DNA of 14,194 nt, taken from contig JBBRUX010000068.1 in NCBI GenBank assembly GCA_038247415.1, positions 1 through 14,194 of the forward strand, written 5' to 3'. The stretch is from Chitinivibrionales bacterium (GTDB taxonomy: Bacteria > Fibrobacterota > Chitinivibrionia > Chitinivibrionales > WJKA01). Made by a program: the position numbers and the translations under genes. This document shows, piece by piece, positions 8,458-14,194 of this stretch (the first letter of the stretch is position 1; each line of letters opens with the position of its first letter). The notes beneath the pieces are model-generated. The model had not been told where the DNA came from. It ran no database searches and saw only the letters and a program-made list of their open reading frames with translations.

Positions 8458-10442
8458 GCAAAACTCCAAATAAAAAGGGCTACGAGGGTAAGTGCGATGT
8501 ACAAAATGTACATATGCATGCGACCATCCTGAATCCATTTAAGCTTACTTAACATGCGTGCACTGTTTTTTACAAGAGGCGTATACACACGAGAAAAGAG
8601 GCTTTCGGGAATTTTTTGATGCCACGAGCTTTGGGTAGGGAAATGCCCCGATACCGGTGTTTTTTTTACCTGAAGAAATAAAAGGTGACGACCCAAAAGT
8701 ATTATTTCTTTAGAAAAAGAGGTTGCTGTGTATTGCATTCTTTGTGTGGGTGTACCATATCCACAATCCCAGGTGAGCCCTTGGCCAGTAACTTTGTTAC
8801 GATAGGCATTTTTCCTGACAAAAAAGAATGCGAGAAAGAGTACCCCAAAGCCAGCACAGCCTAATGAAAGTGCTGTTACAAAGGTTTGAAGGGAGTTTTT
8901 TGTAGCAACAAGCTCTGGAGACATTTCCCAAAGCATGGTATCCTGAACAACTCTTAAAAGCAAACCGATAGAAAACGGTGCGATCGCAACGAGCAGGCAA
9001 CAGCCAAGAGCAAGCACAATCATACCGCTTTGCAGGGGAAGAGATACAGTTTTGACTTGAGAACATTGAGCAGATCGTGGTTCGCCTAAAAAAATACAGC
9101 CAAATGCTCGAGCAAAACTAAGAGCAGCAACACCGCTTGCAATAGCAATAATGCACAAAAGCAACGTTGAGGAGAGCGAAACAGAATCCGGATGCGCAAA
9201 AAGTCCTGTGTATGTTGCAAAAATAAGAATAGATTCTGAAATAAACCCGTTGAGCGGGGGAAAACCGATAATAGCAAGTGCGCCACAGCAAAAGAGCCAT
9301 CCTAAGGGGCCGCATCGCTTAAATAATCCTCCCATTTCTTCGATATTAGAAGTTTTGTAAAGCGATACAATGGTGCCACCCGCTAAAAACAATAAACTTT
9401 TTATACAAGAATGATTTACAATATGGATAAGCGCAGCACAATAGCCAAGTGTTGCCAAAGCCACATTGCCGTACCATTGTCCAATATAGCCTAAACCAAG
9501 TCCGAGCGTAATTATGCCAATGTTTTCTACAGAAGAGAATGCAAGAATTTTAAGGATGTTTGTTTGCCCACTGGCCGAAAGTATGCCATAAAGCGTAGAA
9601 ACCGCTCCAATACAAAGGAGCGCAAACCCAAACCACTCGGGCAACACTCCGCATAAGGGTATAAATCGTAGCAAGCCAAAGAGTCCCATTTTAATCGTAA
9701 TCCCCGACATGAGAGCTGTTACGTGGGTGGGTGCTGCCGGGTATGTTTTAGGGATCCAGACATGAAACGGAAAAAAGCCTGCCTTAACTCCAAACCCGAT
9801 GAGGGCACACATGAATAGCAGGCTGCTTTTTTCTGGCGAACCTACCATATCGGAAAAGAAAAATGAATGAGCATCATTTCCAAGCGAGACAATGAGAATG
9901 AGAACGAAAATTGCACTTACATGCGTAGAAAGAAGATACACCCAAGCACCAAAGCGCGTTTTTTGATTTTCGTGGTGAGCAAAAATAAGCAGACCAGAAG
10001 TGATTGCCATAAGTTCCCATGCCAGCAGAAAAACAAGCGCATGCGCCGCAATGAGAATACCCACCATACTTACCACGAGCCCATTCCACAATAGCCAATG
10101 AAATACACTCCGCTTTGATGAAAGCTGATTACAATATCCCATTCCGTAAATAGTGCAGCTACCCGAAAGCCAAAAAAGTGGTAACAAGAACCAGATGCTT
10201 AGGTTATCTAGGTTAAAGCACATGTCAAGCAATGGTAGTGCAGTTGCAATGGAAAATGTTCTGGGAAGAGCAGGGTTACACAAGGCAACAACCACAACAA
10301 CAATGCCCAAAATAGAACCAAGTATGGTGCTAACCGGGCCAACGTTTTTTGCAATTTTTGGTGTAGCACGAAAGAATAGTGCACACGCCGAGGGCACTAT
10401 AAAAATTCCACACGAAAAGAGGAGCACCACAACAATATTCAT
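8454..10442 (-). CDS. hyfB: HyfB/HycC-like proton-translocating (Mrp antiporter-like) membrane subunit
   Basis: 662-aa polytopic protein with FLLAWELM, GFGVKAGFFPFHVWIP..YPAAP, LAFSSVENIG, NHSCIKSLLFL, PPLNGFISE, FLGEPRS and TWDCGY....RMQYT. Confidence 0.9.
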   Translation of the reverse strand: MNIVVVLLFSCGIFIVPSACALFFRATPKIAKNVGPVSTILGSILGIVVVVVALCNPALPRTFSIATALPLLDMCFNLDNLSIWFLLPLFWLSGSCTIYGMGYCNQLSSKRSVFHWLLWNGLVVSMVGILIAAHALVFLLAWELMAITSGLLIFAHHENQKTRFGAWVYLLSTHVSAIFVLILIVSLGNDAHSFFFSDMVGSPEKSSLLFMCALIGFGVKAGFFPFHVWIPKTYPAAPTHVTALMSGITIKMGLFGLLRFIPLCGVLPEWFGFALLCIGAVSTLYGILSASGQTNILKILAFSSVENIGIITLGLGLGYIGQWYGNVALATLGYCAALIHIVNHSCIKSLLFLAGGTIVSLYKTSNIEEMGGLFKRCGPLGWLFCCGALAIIGFPPLNGFISESILIFATYTGLFAHPDSVSLSSTLLLCIIAIASGVAALSFARAFGCIFLGEPRSAQCSQVKTVSLPLQSGMIVLALGCCLLVAIAPFSIGLLLRVVQDTMLWEMSPELVATKNSLQTFVTALSLGCAGFGVLFLAFFFVRKNAYRNKVTGQGLTWDCGYGTPTQRMQYTATSFSKEIILLGRHLLFLQVKKTPVSGHFPTQSSWHQKIPESLFSRVYTPLVKNSARMLSKLKWIQDGRMHMYILYIALTLVALFIWSFA

Positions 10443-10450
10443 GGTGGTAC

Positions 10451-11146
10451 TTAAGCCTGCGCTGAAGAACTAGGAGGGAGCGACGTTTCAAATTCAGCAA
10501 TTGCAGAATAAACCTTATCTTCTGTGTTTTTAGCTCGAATAAATTCTCGCAATACATCGTTTTGCAAAAGGAAACTGATTCTGGAAAGCAAATGAAGATG
10601 TATTCTAACGCTCGTGCTCATCATGGTAAATAGGGTAGTGACCGGTTGGCCATCCAATGCCGAAAAATCAACAGGATTGTCTAAAAAACAAAGCACAATA
10701 AGAGGCTTGTTAATGTCGGTAACAATGGGGTTTCTAACATGAGGGATTGCAATTCCATTACCTATTGCAGTTGTGCCAAGAGCCTCTCGTGCCATAAGGG
10801 CATTGTACACGAGGTCGGGTTCCAGAGAGTCTATTTTTGGGAATTTATCCACAACATTTCGCAGTACCGTGGGTTTATCGGTGCCGGCAAGCCCATAATG
10901 AATACCACCCAAACTAAGCGCATCGGATAATGTTGGCAAAGAATTATTTGCTACGGTAGACTCTCGCAGGAGTTTTTCGGGAACTTTTACCGAATGGGTG
11001 AGGGCCCATTCTAATAATTCGGAGCGGTTAAAATAGTGAGCATGGTTTATCTGATACGACGGAATCTCTTTGCGTTTGATGAGACGAAAGAGCTCGTTTT
11101 CGGAGAGTGTAAATAAATCACAAACTTCACGAACTGTCAGCTGCAT
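10451..11146 (-). CDS. ptsN: Excisionase/MerR-like helix-turn-helix fused to a PTS EIIA (PtsN/fructose-mannitol type) domain; probable regulator
   Basis: The N-terminus MQLTVREVCDLFTLSENELFRLIKRKEIPSYQINHAHYFNRSELLEW resembles HTH_17. The C-terminus has RE.LGTTAIGNGIAIPHVR, with the phospho-acceptor His (codon 10739-10741), plus VDFSALDGQPV and HLHLLSRIS. Start is ATG 11146 or GTG 11158. Confidence 0.88.
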   Translation of the reverse strand: MQLTVREVCDLFTLSENELFRLIKRKEIPSYQINHAHYFNRSELLEWALTHSVKVPEKLLRESTVANNSLPTLSDALSLGGIHYGLAGTDKPTVLRNVVDKFPKIDSLEPDLVYNALMAREALGTTAIGNGIAIPHVRNPIVTDINKPLIVLCFLDNPVDFSALDGQPVTTLFTMMSTSVRIHLHLLSRISFLLQNDVLREFIRAKNTEDKVYSAIAEFETSLPPSSSAQA

Positions 11147-11232
11147 TGCAAGAAGCACACTTTCAATTGTGGTAAAGCCAAGTATTTAAAAAATACAATG
11201 TGGAAGAACCACTTACCACACTTATCTTGATT

Positions 11233-12632
11233 TTATGCTAAATCAGAAATGATACTTTGAGCAGCACGTTTTCCTGCACCTAAGGCTAAAATTACCGTAG
11301 CTGCTCCCGTTACAATATCGCCGCCTGCATACACATTCTTTTTGGAGGTTCTCCCATCTTCTTCGTTAGCAACTATGGTACCCCATTTTGTAATCGTAAT
11401 ATCGGGCGTCGTATCGGGAATTAAGGGATTAGGTTGATTGCCAATAGCAATAATTATAACCTCACAGGAGATCTCGAATTCGCTTCCTGGTTGGGGAACC
11501 GGTTTTCTTCTTCCCGATTCGTCGGGTTGTCCGAGCATCATGCGAATACAACGAATTCCGGAGACTCTTTTTTTGTATCTGCTATAATTTCTATAGGGTT
11601 ACATAAAAGATTGAAGGTAATACCTTCTTGCGTTGCATGGTGAATTTCGGCAGCACGAGCGGGCATTTCATCGATCGATCTGCGATACACAATAATCGAT
11701 TCGTGAGCGCCAAGTCGCAGAGCTGTGCGCGCGGCATCCATGGCCACGTTGCCACCACCCACAGTAACTACTCTCTTGCCTTTAAGGATGGGTGTATCAG
11801 AATTGGCCAGATAGGATTTCATGAGGTTATTGCGGGTAAGATATTCGTTGGCCGAATAAACGCCAATTGAGTTTTCGCCTTTGATGCGCATAAAAGAAGG
11901 CAAACCAGCTCCGGATCCAATAAAAAACGCGCTAAACCCTTCATTTTTCATGAGATCGTCGATAGTTGCCGTTTTACCCACAATGAAATTGCGCTCTATG
12001 ACCACTCCAAGCGACTCTAAATACTGTATCTCATTACTTACTATGCTCTTAGGCAATCGAAACTCAGGAATTCCGTATACCAAAACACCACCAGGTTCGT
12101 GTAAAGCCTCAAAAATTGTTACATCAAAACCTGCCTTAATAAGCTCACCTGCAGCCCCAAGCCCAGCAGGACCACTTCCAACAATTCCAACTTTTATGCC
12201 AATTTTGGGCTTACTTAAGGGAATATTCGGCGTTTCGTTTTCGCGTTGCCAATCTGCAGCAAACCGTTCGAGATTCCCTATGGCAACAGATGTTGATTTT
12301 ATACCCACAATGCAACGCTTTTCGCATTGTTCCTCTTGTGGACAAACACGCCCGCAAACAGCTGGTAAAGCATTGTTTTCTTTAAGCTTACGAGCGGCAT
12401 CTCCAAAGTCACCTGAAGCTATAAGACCAATAAACTGGGGAATTGCCACGCTAACGGGACAGCCCGAAACGCATTGAGGTGTTTTGCATTGCAAGCATCT
12501 TTTTGCTTCGGTTATCGCTTCTTGCGGCGAGTACCCTAAGGGCACCTCTAAGAAATTTTTGGCGCGAATGTGAGGATCTTGTTCGCGCATTGGCACCATA
12601 ACGTTTTTTGCAGAACCAAGATTTTTACTCAT
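11233..12632 (-). pseudogene. nfnB: NfnB (NADPH-dependent glutamate synthase small subunit/SudA-like) bifurcating subunit, frameshifted as sequenced
   Basis: ORF 11538-12632 has EAKRCLQCKTPQCVSGCP, CGRVCPQEEQCEKRC, GSGPAG, YGIPEFRLP, GGGNVAMD and YRR. ORF 11233-11541 carries the C-terminus (LGQPDESGRR, AGGDIVTGAATVILA). One extra A in the A7 run (T 11568-11574 on +) joins them into a 466-aa protein. May be an intact gene with a sequencing error. Confidence 0.88.
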
Positions 12633-13470
12633 TGGTGGCTCCCGTCAAAGTACACATATGAGCATCATGCATCTCTTTTTCAAGATCTTTGTATCCCGAG
12701 AGTCGCTCGATCATTTCGTCCCATTCAATAAGAGAAGCATCAAATTCTGGTCCATCAACACACGCAAAGCGCGTTTCGTTGCCAATAGTTACTCTGCATC
12801 CCCCGCACATTCCAGTCCCATCAATCATGATAGGATTAAGCGAACACATGGTAGGAATCTTTGCATCTAAGAGTATTTTGCTCGTAAATTTCATCATGAT
12901 GGCAGGTCCAATAACCACGCCAAAATTATACGTATTTCCTTTATTTATAAGATCTTGTGCAACATTTGATACAAACCCCTTTATGCCACTCGACCCATCG
13001 TCGGTAGCAATAATAACCTCATCTGTTACGAGAGACATTTCATCTTTGAGAATAATTAAATCTTTAGTACGAGCACCCAAAATGGTGGTTACACAATTGC
13101 CCGCAGCTTTAAGCGCACACACAATAGGGTAGAGGGGCGCAGCCCCAACCCCACCGCCAATACACAAGCATTTCCCAAAATTTTCGATGTGCGTGGGTTT
13201 GCCAAGCGGCCCCGCAAGATCTGCAATAGATTCTCCCGCCGAAAACCCTGTAAGAATCTTGGTTGTTTTCCCAGCTACCTGGAAAATGATTTCTATCCAA
13301 CCTTCACCGGAATGAGCATTGGAAATAGTGAGAGGGATTCTTTCCCCATCGCTTGTTGGTCGTAGAATAATAAATTGGCCTGCTTTGCGCGAAGAAGCAA
13401 TGCGGGGAGCGTGAAGCCTGAACTGAAAAACATTTTCGGATAGTTGTTTTTTCGAAAGAATGGGAGTCAT
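12625..13470 (-). CDS. nfnA: NfnA (SudB/PyrK-like FAD/NAD-binding [2Fe-2S] subunit)
   Basis: Contains AGQFIILR, GERIPLTI, GPLG, IGGGVG, ATDDGS.G, IGPAIMM and SLNPIMIDGTGMCGGCRV...CVDGPEF. The likely start is ATG 13470, with GGAGG at 13484-13488. It overlaps the nfnB start by 8 nt, and no gltB is adjacent. Confidence 0.92.
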   Translation of the reverse strand: MTPILSKKQLSENVFQFRLHAPRIASSRKAGQFIILRPTSDGERIPLTISNAHSGEGWIEIIFQVAGKTTKILTGFSAGESIADLAGPLGKPTHIENFGKCLCIGGGVGAAPLYPIVCALKAAGNCVTTILGARTKDLIILKDEMSLVTDEVIIATDDGSSGIKGFVSNVAQDLINKGNTYNFGVVIGPAIMMKFTSKILLDAKIPTMCSLNPIMIDGTGMCGGCRVTIGNETRFACVDGPEFDASLIEWDEMIERLSGYKDLEKEMHDAHMCTLTGATNE

Positions 13471-13905
13471 TAAAAAATGTAATCCTCCATAACAAGTTTG
13501 ATAAAAAGGCTCCTTGAAAATAGTTTTTGCACGATCATATATAGTTTGATACAATCAATTTTTCAGGATTTTGCCTAAGCTGGTACTTTCAGAGCATACC
13601 CCAAGCTGCCACACTGCGCTCGTTAAAGTCATTTCGCAAGGTTGAAGGGAGATTCCTTCGAGGGAATACGGATTCGTTTTGATGGGACTCAACATAAAAG
13701 AACTAAAATTGGGATGTTCTCGCTAAAAAACATTATTTATATTAGGCCCCTGTAAAAACATTTTTTTATATTCGTTGGTTTTGCCGTTATGGCATCTGAT
13801 GCGGCTGCAAATTGTGTTGCTTTTTTCGAGGAGTATTTTCACTGGGGGATTTTTGTCGTTGGGATTTTTAAATAAATATTTTTACAATAGATTACAAGCC
13901 TTTTT

Positions 13906-13935
13906 TTATTTGTTTGGTCCTGACCAAATAAATAA
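13906..13935. repeat. Near-perfect palindrome with 14-bp arms
   Basis: TTATTTGTTTGGTC-CT-GACCAAATAAATAA; 13 of 14 positions are complementary, and the mismatch is a G-T pair on the + strand. Confidence 0.8.
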
Positions 13936-13953
13936 TACAAGATAAGATTTTGG

Positions 13954-14151
13954 GCATTCCGACTTTGCTGTCGCCCTTCACCCCTACGGGCGCCAAAGGA
14001 AGTATCCTTGAGGTATTTTCCGATGCGGCTTCGTTTATGGGCTCTGGCTTTGCCAGCCGGTCTTTCATGCCATGCGGCACTTCGCGCCCAAGGCATTCAA
14101 GACTGAAAGCTTCACTCCGTTTTGCTTTCACCCTCCAGTCCTGGCTAATGC
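13954..14151 (-). other. GC-rich multi-hairpin non-coding element (candidate structured RNA or MITE/REP-like repeat), family unassigned
   Basis: About 55% GC by hand count over 13951-14150, against about 22% in 13861-13950. Five local hairpins and a possible closing helix are visible. G-U pairs and purine-rich loops favour the minus strand. Confidence 0.45.
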
Positions 14152-14194
14152 TCTTGACATGAAAGGGGCCTGAACATGATTACAAGGATTATGC

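Noticed and set aside
3080..10442. Functional [NiFe] hydrogenase-4 / formate hydrogenlyase
   Set aside because: The large subunit has no L1 or L2 CxxC motifs, and no maturation or formate dehydrogenase genes occur in the window.
11233..11541. Independent 102-aa gene
   Set aside because: It is the C-terminal part of NfnB, and NfnB-like sequence (RVSGIRCIR) continues upstream of its ATG in the same frame.
11881..12477. 198-aa plus-strand ORF
   Set aside because: Antisense shadow of nfnB with no motifs.
11233..12632. Glutamate synthase small subunit (gltD) as the function
   Set aside because: It is paired with an NfnA/SudB-type gene and no gltB large subunit is adjacent; this arrangement is NfnAB.
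13950..14000. FMN riboswitch (minus strand GCGACAGCAAAGTCGGAATG resembles the RFN 3' end)
   Set aside because: The conserved 5' part (AGGGCGGGGTGAAATTCCC..ACCGGCGGT) and the central GGTG..ATTCC are not present at the right spacing.
13839..14162. Three overlapping short ORFs (85, 79 and 70 aa)
   Set aside because: No recognisable motifs, they overlap one another, and they are explained by a GC-rich stop-poor segment. The 79-aa ORF does have GGAGG close to its GTG, so it is not fully excluded.
13954..14194. Group II intron domain I, c-di-GMP-I or SAM-I riboswitch
   Set aside because: Only short scattered resemblances (AGGGTGAAAG, GGCAAAGCC, TCAAGAG). There is no GTGCG 5' end or domain V, and no complete aptamer core.
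14154..14194. Divergent plus-strand sigma70 promoter (TTGACA at 14154-14159) and ATG at 14191
   Set aside because: The best -10 (CATGAT) is at a 15-nt spacing, the AAGGA is only 2 nt from the ATG, and the window ends before a gene can be verified.
1..14194. CRISPR array, tRNA/rRNA, transposase or integrase
   Set aside because: No regularly spaced repeats, cloverleaf or rRNA-like sequence, or recombinase motifs were seen. The excisionase-like HTH belongs to the EIIA fusion.

Overview
Bacterial chromosomal window dominated by one minus-strand gene run. In transcription order it holds nfnA and nfnB (electron-bifurcating transhydrogenase NfnAB, SudBA/GltD-like). nfnB is split by a 1-nt frameshift in an A7 run. 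Next come a helix-turn-helix/PTS EIIA(Ntr-like) fusion regulator and a six-gene hydrogenase-4-like membrane complex (HyfB, HyfC, HyfE, HyfF, HyfG-like large subunit, fused HyfH/HyfI-like Fe-S subunit). The large subunit lacks all four Ni-binding cysteines, so this is an Ehr-type complex rather than a hydrogenase. An 81-aa hypothetical gene and a DUF3536/GH57 glycoside hydrolase follow, converging on the 3' end of a plus-strand methyl-accepting chemotaxis gene. The ~720-bp non-coding region upstream of nfnA contains a 14-bp-arm palindrome and a ~200-nt GC-rich multi-hairpin element I cannot assign to a known RNA family. The best candidate for an undescribed system is the NfnAB + HTH-EIIA + Ni-less Ehr module. 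All family calls are from motif recognition by eye; no searches were run.
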